This document shows positions 24,870 to 33,999 of a stretch of DNA of 64,000 nucleotides, piece by piece. This stretch comes from the human T2T-CHM13v2.0 reference genome, Homo sapiens: the NCBI RefSeq assembly GCF_009914755.1, contig NC_060936.1. One strand, given 5' to 3'. The notes below the pieces were generated by a model that saw only the letters and a list, made by a program, of their open reading frames with translations, made no database searches and was not told the origin of the DNA. The position numbers and the translations under genes are program-made. Position 1 is the first letter of the stretch. Each line of letters begins with the position of its first letter.

Positions 24870-26010
24870 CAAATCCCACATACTTCCACCACTCCCAGAA
24901 GCCCTGTGGTGGTTAACTGGGGAACTCTGTAGGGTTCAAACGCCATATTTGCCCCTTACTGGATGTGTGACCTGCGGCGGGTCCCTGTGCCTCTCTGGGT
25001 CTCAGTTTCCTCATCTGTAAGACGGTGATATAATAGTACCTAGCTCAAAGGTTTAATGCTGGTAGATTCCTGAGCAAAGGTCCGGGGAGAGAAGAGGCTC
25101 GGTCTGCAAGAGTTGTCATTTGTTGGCTGCGGTGAGACCACGCCCCGTCGCCCTCCCACACCTGACCCCGCCCTCCCGCGTCCATTGGGAACGCCACCGG
25201 AAGTAATGCGAGACGGAGCGTTTTGGTGGAGACACTCACTGGGGCAATCTGAGGTAATCCAACAGACTGTGGCGGAGGGACCGGAAGCGCCAGGCAGGGA
25301 CCCGGGGTAGATGCTAAATCCAAACTGAAACGTACAGGGCTGGATGATTGAAGCACCAGCGGGAACTAGTCGGACCTCCGAGCTCTTTAAACTGTCCTCA
25401 GCTCGGCTGGTTCTCCACGAGCTCCGGGCAGACGGCGGGGGGTGGGTCGGCGTTTAAGTCAAAGGCCTTGGGGCTCCGAGTCCCTTCCTCTCCCCGTCCT
25501 GTGAAGGCACGACCCAGTTCAGCTGTCTGTAAAGTGGAGCCATTAGTCCCTGCCTCGTAGTGGGAAAACTGGGAGGCGGAACGAGGAGGCCGCCGGTCCC
25601 AACCCGGCCCAGGAGCATCTTTCTCCGCAGACCGTTTCCTGGCGAGGTGCGTCTTCGTCCTTTTCCGCCCTTGGGAACTTAGAGCGGCCCCTTGGCCGCT
25701 GGTTCCGCGCCTCCCGCGGTTGGGGGCGTGCCCGAAGTCTCTCTACGGAAGCTGGTAGGGCTGTGGGTGCTTCACTATGGCGACGGTGGGGGCTCCGCGG
25801 CACTTCTGCCGCTGCGCCTGCTTCTGCACCGATAACTTGTACGTGGCGCGCTATGGGCTGCACGTGCGCTTCCGAGGCGAGCAGCAGCTGCGCCGGGACT
25901 ACGGCCCGGTGAGTGGCCGCTGTCGTCCCTACGGAGCAGTGGGCAGAGAGGGGTAGTGGAGGAGGGAAGTTCGTCCCCAGGGTCGTTTGCTTTGCGCACG
26001 CCGCGCACCG
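24870..26010. promoter_or_regulatory. CpG island, bidirectional promoter (OGFOD2 on +, probable distal ABCB9 first exon on -)
   Basis: CpG-rich. ETS motifs CCGGAAGT (25197) and CCGGAAGC (~25281), YY1-like CGCCATATT (24941), ZNF143-like CTCCCAGAAGCCCTG (~24892). Confidence 0.75.
25777..25908 (+). CDS. OGFOD2: OGFOD2 coding exon 1
   Basis: ACTATGG start. MATVGAPRHFCRCACFCTDNLYVARYGLHVRFRGEQQLRRDYGP. Donor CCG|gtgagt. Confidence 0.93.
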
Positions 26011-26335
26011 TATCTTCAAATACAAGAATGACGGCCTCTCTCTGCCTCGGTTTTCTCACCGTAAAGGGGTAATAGTATCTCCCTGTGAGATTGTGAGGAA
26101 GGAATGAACAAGCATGTAGGGTGCTTAGGACAGGGCCGGGCTCAGCTTGCCGCCTCACAGCAACACCAGCCCGGAGCCCTGTCCTGAGCTTGACAGGGTT
26201 CCGCAGTTCATTCTCTCCATGATCCTTTGAGGTCGGGGCTCCTCTCCCCATTTTAAGCAGGGGAAACTGAGGCTTAGAGAGTGAAGGGATTTCCTCAGGT
26301 CATACAGTCATGCTCAGTGTTCTTTCTGCTCCCAG

Positions 26336-26392
26336 ATCCTGCGCAGCCGAGGCTGTGTTAGCGCCAAGGACTTCCAGCAGCTGTTAGCAGAG
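26336..26392 (+). CDS. OGFOD2: OGFOD2 coding exon 2
   Basis: cccag|ATC...GAG|gtac, 57 nt, ILRSRGCVSAKDFQQLLAE. Confidence 0.92.
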
Positions 26393-27178
26393 GTACCAGT
26401 CCCCTGCCCCTGCACAGCTCCTCCTCGTTAGATTTGTGTCCGCAGCTTGAGGACACAGCTTGAGCCTAGCCTCAGTCCCTGATCCCTGAAGGGTCACTTA
26501 GGCCCTCACTTTCCTCCTTCCTGCCCCCCACTCATCCCTCCACACCTGAGTCTTGGCACCAGGAGAGAGAAGGGGAAATGCTAAGTTGCTAAGTTGCCTA
26601 GTCATGCCGTTCTTAACAGCTCTGTGAGATAAGCACAAGCACCACTCTCATTTTGGATTGAGAAGCTGAGGCTTAAAGAGGGATCCCTTGCCCAAGCTTT
26701 TACAGCAGGAGCAGATGTGATCCCAGCCACAGCTTCCAGGCCCCTGGGCTCCTCACACCTTACCATATACCCCGCAGGCTGCTGCCAGGGCTGCTGCCCC
26801 ACTCCCTCCTCCTCCTTCCCCTGGAGTCAGTGGTGGGAAGCTTCCCAGGAGAGTCCTCAGCAACCTCTGGAACACAGGACTTGGCCATGACTGTCTCCTG
26901 TCCCTGTGTGGGCCCAGATGGTTGAGGTACATCTAGGGGTTCTCATCCCAGCTAGGCTCAGGTTGGGGCAGCCTGAAACAGGATGGGTCCCCTTCTAGAA
27001 GTCCCTTTCAGCTAACAGTCTGGAACTTGCAGTTGACCCAGATAGATTCAGGAGTGTAGGCTAGACTTGGCTTCCAGCCTGGGCCCTGTCTGGCGTTCTG
27101 GGCTTCAGTTTCTTCATCTGTACAGTGGCCTCAGGAGGATGGGAGGCCCCACCTGGTAACAACCCTGTGCCACCCCAG

Positions 27179-27292
27179 CTTGAGCAGGAGGTGGAGCGGC
27201 GGCAGCGGCTGGGGCAGGAGTCAGCAGCTAGGAAAGCCCTCATCGCGAGTTCCTACCACCCGGCACGGCCTGAGGTCTACGACTCACTGCAG
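27179..27292 (+). CDS. OGFOD2: OGFOD2 coding exon 3
   Basis: ccag|CTT...CAG|gtac, 114 nt, LEQEVERRQRLGQES...YDSLQ. Confidence 0.93.
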
Positions 27293-27395
27293 GTACCAGC
27301 CAGCCAGAGTGCTTGAAGGCCGGTACTGGAAAGAGGAGGTAGCATCCAGGGCTGGGGGTGCTGCCTGCCCCACAGCTGGTGTGTTTTGCTCCCAG

Positions 27396-27495
27396 GATGC
27401 AGCTCTGGCCCCCGAGTTCCTGGCCGTGACTGAGTACAGCGTGTCCCCAGACGCAGACCTCAAGGGCCTTCTCCAGCGGCTGGAGACAGTATCGG
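27396..27495 (+). CDS. OGFOD2: OGFOD2 coding exon 4
   Basis: cccag|GAT...TCGG|gtgag, 100 nt, DAALAPEFLAVTEYS...ETVS. Confidence 0.93.
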
Positions 27496-28966
27496 GTGAG
27501 GTCCTGGCCCTGAGACCTGGCAGGACCAGGGAATGGCAGCCTGGGAAACCTGGGTGTGGGATGCTGGGGTCCCTCCAGCCACCATCTCTGCCTCCAAAAA
27601 CCAAACCAGCAGGAGCTGGAAGGGTCAGTGGGACCAACCTGCCAGGAGCAGGACATCCGCATTCATTCATTCAATACCTGCCATGAGCCTGGTATCTTCA
27701 TTCTTTCCTTCACCCTTCCTTCGTGCCCTCATCCAGCAAATAGTGGATATTTGTGTCATGTGTGGGACAGCTGGCACACTCAAACAGGGCTGATCCAAGA
27801 TCTTAAAGGGACCATTGAGACAGGTATGGGCAGGATAAAGGGACCAGTAAGGAATGGCAAAGCCCGGCCCCCCAGGGCTGGCAACAGGAGGGAGCAGTTA
27901 CCACCTGGAGTTGTGGCTCTGGGCGGAGGCCTGCGGCCATGCCAAACTCCAAGTAGGGCAAAAAATGCCCCACTTCTCTTCGGATTTCTTGCTGGGCTCA
28001 CTTATTGGCTAAACCCAGCAGGAAATGCTGGGCAAGGGAGGTTTGCGTGTTGTTTAACCTCTGATTCAGTTTCCTCATCTGTAAAATGGGAGCAACAGTA
28101 ACCCCCTCTCTTAAGGCACTGCGACGATCAAGTGAGTTAATCTGCATAGAGTGCCTGTCACAGGGCCCGCACGTAGTGTTTGGAAAGTGTTTCCTATTCT
28201 TATTGGCACTGATAGCCTGGGCTAGGGGCTCCTGTGGGAGGCAGATACAAGTTTCCCCTCATGGAGCCTGTGCTTTGTTGGGAGTCATGGGTGGAATGAA
28301 TCCCCCTCCTCCCAGCCTGGGGGTGCTCTCCTCATTGCCTTCCACTCCCCGGCAGCTGAGATAGTGCTGAGGCTGTTGGCTGGGGCAGGGCCTAGGCTGC
28401 GAGGTGGCCCCATCGTGGGCACACTAGCCCTGCACCCCTGGGCATTGGTGCGTCCGCCAAGAAATGTTTAGGTTTCCATTCTCAGCCTGGTTTCTTCCCC
28501 CTCAGGGCCCAGCAAGAAAGAACAGCCCCTTCTGGCCTTCCTGCTGGGGGACAGAGGCTCCCAGAGCCACTTCTGAGTTGGGGTACAGACTTCGGTGGCT
28601 CATCAGATGAAAGGAGGTGCAGAGAGAGCCTGAAGTTGGCTCTGTGATCCCGACTTGGCTGTCACTGGCCTGCTGGGTGTCCCTGGGCTACTTCCTTCCC
28701 CTCTCTGGGCCTCAGGACCCATATGTGAGCTCCCAGGGCCAGCCCTGTGGACACTTGTAGAGTCTGGGGAAAGGTTCCGGGCATAAGTGGGGGGCATGGG
28801 AATCGGCCTCCCCTGCTCCTCATGTTACTTCCTTAAGTCATCACAATAGCCCTGAAAAGCAAAGGCCTCATCTCCATGGCACAGGTGATGAAACAGGAAG
28901 ACTGAAGCCCAGGCCTGGCCGGCCCACGGCCACATTCAGGCCAACAGACCATCCCTCCTTCCACAG

Positions 28967-29094
28967 AGGAGAAGCGCATCTACCGGGTGCCTGTTTTCAC
29001 AGCGCCCTTCTGCCAGGCCCTGCTGGAAGAGCTGGAGCACTTCGAGCAATCGGACATGCCTAAGGGGAGGCCCAACACCATGAACAACTACGGG
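28967..29094 (+). CDS. OGFOD2: OGFOD2 coding exon 5
   Basis: cacag|AG...GGG|gtgggt, 128 nt, EEKRIYRVPVFTAPFC...RPNTMNNYG. Confidence 0.94.
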
Positions 29095-29277
29095 GTGGGT
29101 GAGGCCTGGCCGGTGGCAGAGGAGGGGGTGGCTGGGGTCAGGAGGCAGTGTCAGAGGTTCTGCAGATGGGCTGCCTGCCCGGGCTGCGAAAGAAGGTCAC
29201 AGTGGGATCACCGTGGAGTGGAAGCCCAGGGTTGCAGCCCTCTAGTTTCCTTGCTGACCCCAGGAATCCCCTCCCAG

Positions 29278-29535
29278 GTGCTGCTGCACGAGCTCGGGCT
29301 GGACGAGCCGCTGATGACACCACTGCGGGAGCGCTTCCTGCAGCCGCTGATGGCCCTGCTGTACCCTGACTGTGGCGGGGGCCGGCTCGACAGCCACCGG
29401 GCCTTTGTGGTCAAATACGCACCGGGCCAGGACCTGGAGCTGGGCTGCCACTATGATAATGCCGAGCTCACCCTCAATGTGGCCTTGGGCAAGGTCTTCA
29501 CAGGGGGCGCCCTGTATTTTGGGGGCCTCTTCCAG
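29278..29535 (+). CDS. OGFOD2: OGFOD2 coding exon 6, with the HxD iron-binding motif
   Basis: cccag|GTG...CAG|gtgagt, 258 nt. FVVKYAPGQDLELGCHYDNAELTLNVALG is a 2OG-Fe(II) oxygenase motif. Confidence 0.95.
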
Positions 29536-29607
29536 GTGAGTGTGTGACCCATGCGGCAGGGCCTGGGGCAGCTGTGAGTGCCCAGGCCTGAGTCGTGCCA
29601 TCTGCAG

Positions 29608-29871
29608 GCACCCACAGCCCTGACGGAGCCCCTGGAGGTGGAGCACGTGGTGGGCCAGGGTGTCCTCCACCGTGGCGGCCAGCTGCATGGAGCCCGGCCC
29701 TTGGGCACTGGTGAGCGTTGGAACCTTGTCGTCTGGCTCCGAGCCTCTGCTGTGCGCAACAGCCTCTGTCCCATGTGCTGCCGTGAGCCCGACCTGGTGG
29801 ACGATGAGGGCTTCGGTGATGGCTTCACCCGAGAGGAGCCCGCCACGGTGGATGTATGTGCGCTCACCTGA
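29608..29871 (+). CDS. OGFOD2: OGFOD2 last coding exon (distal His and 2OG-binding Arg); spliced CDS = 350 aa
   Basis: gcag|GCA...TGA, contains LHRGGQLHGARPLGTGERWNLVVW. Exon sum is 1053 nt. Confidence 0.95.
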   Translation, partial: APTALTEPLEVEHVVGQGVLHRGGQLHGARPLGTGERWNLVVWLRASAVRNSLCPMCCREPDLVDDEGFGDGFTREEPATVDVCALT

Positions 29872-29938
29872 GCTTGCTTGGGCCCAGTGTGGGGGTGGCA
29901 GGCAGGTGAGGGCTCCGTTGCCTTGGTCTGGGGGCAGA

Positions 29939-29944
29939 AATAAA
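29939..29944 (+). terminator. Proximal poly(A) signal AATAAA of OGFOD2
   Basis: Canonical hexamer about 70 nt after the stop codon. Confidence 0.6.
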
Positions 29945-30419
29945 ATCCCCGCAGCCTACTGCACTTCTTGGCTCAACGGTGTGCCAGCTTCTGGGTCATT
30001 CTATGGGCAAAGATGCTGCCTTAGTTCAGGTTTGTCAGAAGCAGGGTCTGGAATGGGGCTTCAGCGAGGGAGTCAGGGAAGCAGGGGAGGGGAGGGAGCA
30101 GCTGGGCAAGGAAGTGGCTTCAGAGGACGTCCAGCCTCAGCTGGCCCCACGGAGAGCTCCAGGCAGAGCCCACAGTACCACAGTGTGCCCACACCACCGG
30201 TTACTGGCTCCTGGATGAGGGGGCCAGAGAGGAGTGAATAACTTCCCAGACACTTATCTCCAGGGCAGGGTGCCTTCCAGTAGCCAAGGGAAGCCTCCAG
30301 AGAGCACAGATGTGAACCCTCAGCAGCAGGCATCACCCCCCAGTGGACTCGGGTGGGCCACCAGTAGCATCTTCTAGATGGCAGAGGGGTGAATGGCAGG
30401 GCCAGGAACCAGGCTGCCC

Positions 30420-30562
30420 GGGTTCCCATTCTGCTTCTGCCACTTCCAGCTGTGTGGCTTTAGGTGAGCCTTCACCTTTTGGTGCCTTCGTTTCCTCATT
30501 TAGCACCTACCTCCTAGAGCTGTTTTGGGAGTCAAATGCGCTGACGTATATAAAGTGCTTTG
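30420..30562 (+). mobile_element. MIR fragment at the OGFOD2/ARL6IP4 boundary
   Basis: agctgtgtggcttt...gtttcctcatt...cacctacctcctagagctgtt...taaagtgctt follows the MIR core. Confidence 0.6.
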
Positions 30563-30779
30563 CAAGATCCCTTTGTGTTTGCGGCTGTCATTGTGGAAGA
30601 GTTGCAACTTGGGGGCCCGAGATTGGATGAAGCGCACAGCCACGCTTTGGGTTACACATTTGAAACTCAGGGGGCTTCCATATTGCAGTCTTGAGTTTGG
30701 TCTCCCTGGGAAGGTGGGGCACCAGCCCCATGCCACGTTGCACGTATCAGCTGGAGCAGAATCCTGGCTTCCTTCCGGA

Positions 30780-31960
30780 TGGGCCTGGGGTCCATGCCCG
30801 CGCTCACTGCCAAGATCTTTCTGGCCCCTACGGACACGAGTTTGCGACCTCTGAGTCACTGGGTGGGCGCGTCGGAAAGACCAGGGCGCCTCAGTCTGGA
30901 GCTCGCAGTCGTATGGAGAGGGCAGGACCAGCCGGGGAGGAGGGCGGCGCGCGCGAGGGTCGCCTTCTTCCCAGGGCACCGGGGGCGTGGGTGCTGCGGG
31001 CGTGCGCCGAGAGGGCAGCCTTGGAAGTGGGCGCAGCTTCGGCAGACACAGGCGTGAGGGGCTGCGGAGCTCGAGGGCCGGCGCCCCTGCTTGCCTCTGC
31101 GGGAGGTGGGCGCGCCCGGGACGGAACCTGGGGCGTCAGAACGAAAGGCAGCGGCGCCGCGCTTCCCAGCCGGCCAGCCTCCCGCGCAGCGCCCCGGCCG
31201 GAAGCCTCCTCGCCGCCGCTTCCTCTCGAGAAGGCGCGGGGCGGGCTGTCCGGCCCGCAGGGCGGTCGAGGTGGGAACGGAGCAGCCCCGGGGGCCCCCT
31301 TGAGGCGGCGAGGCCGCGAAGGGCGCGGGGCTGGAGGGTAGGAGAGCGCGGGAAAGCGCCCCAGACGCCACTCGCGGCGGACGGCGGCCAGTTCCCAGGG
31401 GTTTGGAGCCGGGTGCGCAGGCGTGGGGCCTCCGGGCACGGGGCGGGCCCTTAACAGGCACCGCTGCGGGGACTGGAGTCGGCGGAGAAAACCGGGGTCC
31501 CCAGCGCTGGGGGTGGGTGAGGGTCGCTCATTTTCCCGGGACGGTGACGGGTACTGGGCGTCGCCAGGCCCCGGCCCCGCTAGAGCCACCCTTGGAGCCC
31601 GCCCGCGGCCGGCCTTGGGGGCTTCGGCTCAAGCGCGTCTTCTTCGTCGCCAGCCCGCGGCGCCATGGCTCACGTCGGCTCCCGCAAGCGCTCGAGGAGT
31701 CGCAGCCGGTCCCGGGGACGGGGGTCGGAAAAGAGAAAGAAGAAGAGCAGGAAAGACACCTCGAGGAACTGCTCGGCCTCCACATCCCAAGGTCGCAAGG
31801 CCAGCACGGCCCCTGGGGCGGAGGGTGAGGACCACAGGCATCGGGGAGAGGAGGCGCAGTTACTACCCGGGGAAGTCGGGCGAGCAGTGGTCGGGGACGC
31901 TCAGTCATGCCTCTGTGCAGCCGGGCCTGAGATGTGAGGGCCAGGCGCCGCAGGAGCCAG
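30780..31960. promoter_or_regulatory. CpG island / ARL6IP4 promoter and first exon (donor at 31270|gt)
   Basis: Very high CpG density. CCGGAAG ETS motif at ~31198. Donor CGAG|gtggga, acceptor cag|CCCGCGGCGCCATGG at 31654. Confidence 0.85.
31665..31824 (+). CDS. ARL6IP4: ARL6IP4 first coding exon of the 237-aa form (RS-rich)
   Basis: GCCATGG Kozak. [27 protein letters not shown]...APGAE. Donor G|gtgagg, alternative donor at 31791. Confidence 0.93.
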
Positions 31961-32095
31961 GAAGGGGCTCCTCTGGGAAGCTCCATCTCTGTTCTGGAAA
32001 GCCCCTCAGGAAGCGCTCACCCTGTAGCCGGTCTGTGCCTGCCCCAGGCCAGAGCAGGGGACGAAGGTTTACCTCTTCCCCTCCTGGCCTTCCAG

Positions 32096-32276
32096 CCTCA
32101 CCTTCTCCCTGCATCACAGAGAGAAGCAAGCAGAAGGCCCGGAGGAGAACAAGATCCAGCTCCTCCTCCTCTTCTTCCAGTTCTTCTAGCTCCTCTTCTT
32201 CCTCCTCGTCCTCCTCCTCTTCCTCCAGTGATGGCCGGAAGAAGCGGGGGAAGTACAAGGACAAGAGGAGGAAGAA

Positions 32277-32307
<31 letters not shown>

Positions 32308-32404
32308 GGCAAGGAGAAGGCGGAAGCACAGCAGGTGGAGGCTCTGCCGGGCCCCTCGCTGGACCAGTGGCACCGATCAGCTGGGGAGGAAGAGGATGGC
32401 CCAG
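32096..32404 (+). CDS. ARL6IP4: ARL6IP4 exon with a 25-Ser tract and a Lys-rich tract
   Basis: tccag|CCTCA...CCAG|gtactg, 309 nt. Alternative in-frame acceptor at 32120. Confidence 0.94.
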
Positions 32405-32481
32405 GTACTGTGCTGCCCAGCACCTGAGAGGGAGAAGGTCGCTTCCCAAGGCCTGGCCACCACCTCCGTCTTCCCTTCCAG

Positions 32482-32599
32482 TCCTGACGGATGAGCAGAA
32501 GTCCCGAATCCAGGCCATGAAGCCCATGACCAAGGAGGAGTGGGATGCCCGGCAGAGCATCATCCGCAAGGTGGTGGACCCTGAGACGGGGCGCACCAG
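32482..32599 (+). CDS. ARL6IP4: ARL6IP4 exon
   Basis: ccag|TCCTG...ACCAG|gtgggg. [40 protein letters not shown]. Confidence 0.94.
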
Positions 32600-32993
32600 G
32601 TGGGGAGCTTTCGGCCTGACTTACACCACAGGATCTGGGAGTGTTGGCTGAAGATGTGTGCTCTCGGGAGGAGTGGGGCCGGGCGGGGTTCCTGGTGCCT
32701 GAAAAAGGCCAAATGTGGGCAAAAATACGGTCACTTGGAGTAAGTAGTTGCAGGGGCTGGAAGGGCCTGGAGGAGGCTCTTGAAAGGGCTGTTGTTGGCC
32801 GGGCTGAGGCTGGCAAGGCAGAGCCCAGCTCCACTGCCTTCATCAGGGAGAGTGGGTGAGGCCCCAGGGTCTGTCCACTCAAGGCTGCGGGGTGGGAGCC
32901 CTGGGACCCCTCTGCCGGCTGCTTGTGGTTCTGCTCCTCTGGCATTAGGGGACCTGCCTATTCCTTGCTGAACGGAGACCCTCCCACCCCCAG

Positions 32994-33063
32994 GCTTATT
33001 AAGGGAGATGGCGAGGTCCTAGAGGAAATCGTAACCAAAGAACGACACAGAGAGATCAACAAG
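32994..33063 (+). CDS. ARL6IP4: ARL6IP4 exon
   Basis: ccag|GCTTATT...AAG|gtgggt. [23 protein letters not shown]. Confidence 0.94.
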
Positions 33064-33144
33064 GTGGGTGTGGCCCCTCTGCCTGCCATCCGCCCCCAGC
33101 TCTGTTTGTGATGTACCCCTCCTCCTGTGTGCTTTCTTCCCCAG

Positions 33145-33201
33145 CAAGCCACCCGAGGGGACTGCCTGGCCTTCCAGATGCGAGCTGGGTTGCTTCCCTG
33201 A
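33145..33201 (+). CDS. ARL6IP4: ARL6IP4 last coding exon
   Basis: ccag|CAA...TGA. QATRGDCLAFQMRAGLLP*. Exon sum 714 nt = 237 aa. Confidence 0.94.
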   Translation, partial: QATRGDCLAFQMRAGLLP

Positions 33202-33412
33202 GGGCCCCCGCTGGCCAAGGCCTGTGGACGACGCTGGCGGCCCAGCCTGGGCAGGTTTCAGGGTGCCAGTGGGAAGCCTGATGGGTGCTGGTGGCCTTTC
33301 CCCCGTGGATTGGTCTCTGGCCCAGCCCAGTCTCTTCTCAGGGGCAGGGGGTGGAGGTTGGGGTCACCGGCCTGCTTGGCACCCCCATCTGAAAGAGCAG
33401 CACTTCTCAGCT

Positions 33413-33418
33413 ATTAAA
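33413..33418 (+). terminator. ARL6IP4 poly(A) signal ATTAAA
   Basis: Variant hexamer followed by a GT/T-rich downstream element (ttctctgttctgtggctttttgtg). Confidence 0.8.
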
Positions 33419-33999
33419 GGCCCCCTGGATAGACTTTCTCTGTTCTGTGGCTTTTTGTGCTGAGTGGGAGGGAAGGGTGCTACATGACTGCCAGGGAAAA
33501 ACAAGGGCTCCGGGAGCTTTTGGGCAAAGCTGGGGTGTCCTCTGGTGGTCGTGAGCACAGGCCACACCAGCGCCTGTGCCTTCCTCTTCAGGTCAGCCTG
33601 CCTGGACCAGACCTCATGCCAGCTGAACCCCAAACCCAGAGAGCTGGCTCTGAAATGCCATGCACTCAGGCATGGAGAGAGTCGGCTTCCCCTGCCATGT
33701 TCATTCCACAGATCGCAGCAGTGCAGAGCCAGGTGCTGGGGCTGGGTGGCCTGTGTGGCAGGTCTGGCTCTCACTGCCCAGCTGTGTCTTCCACTCTGAG
33801 GCAGGGAGGCTCACAGCACCCGTTTCACTGAGGTCTGTGAGGGCAAACTGAGTTCCATCCCAGGAAGGAGCTAGAAGCAGGCTAGGCCTAGAGTCAGCCC
33901 CGCACTCACGTGTTGGCGTCACTGTGAGTGTCACTAGCATTACTGTTCCATGCCCCCATCCCACCATGCCCCACGGTCGCCACTGCAGTAAAGAGATCC

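Noticed and set aside
31423-32427. 334-aa plus-strand ORF
   Set aside because: It is a CpG-island/intron frame running into the true ARL6IP4 exon. Only 32096-32404 is coding.
31905-32945. 346-aa antisense ORF with poly-Glu/Phe runs
   Set aside because: It mirrors the ARL6IP4 Ser/Lys low-complexity codons in GC-rich DNA. There is no independent gene structure.
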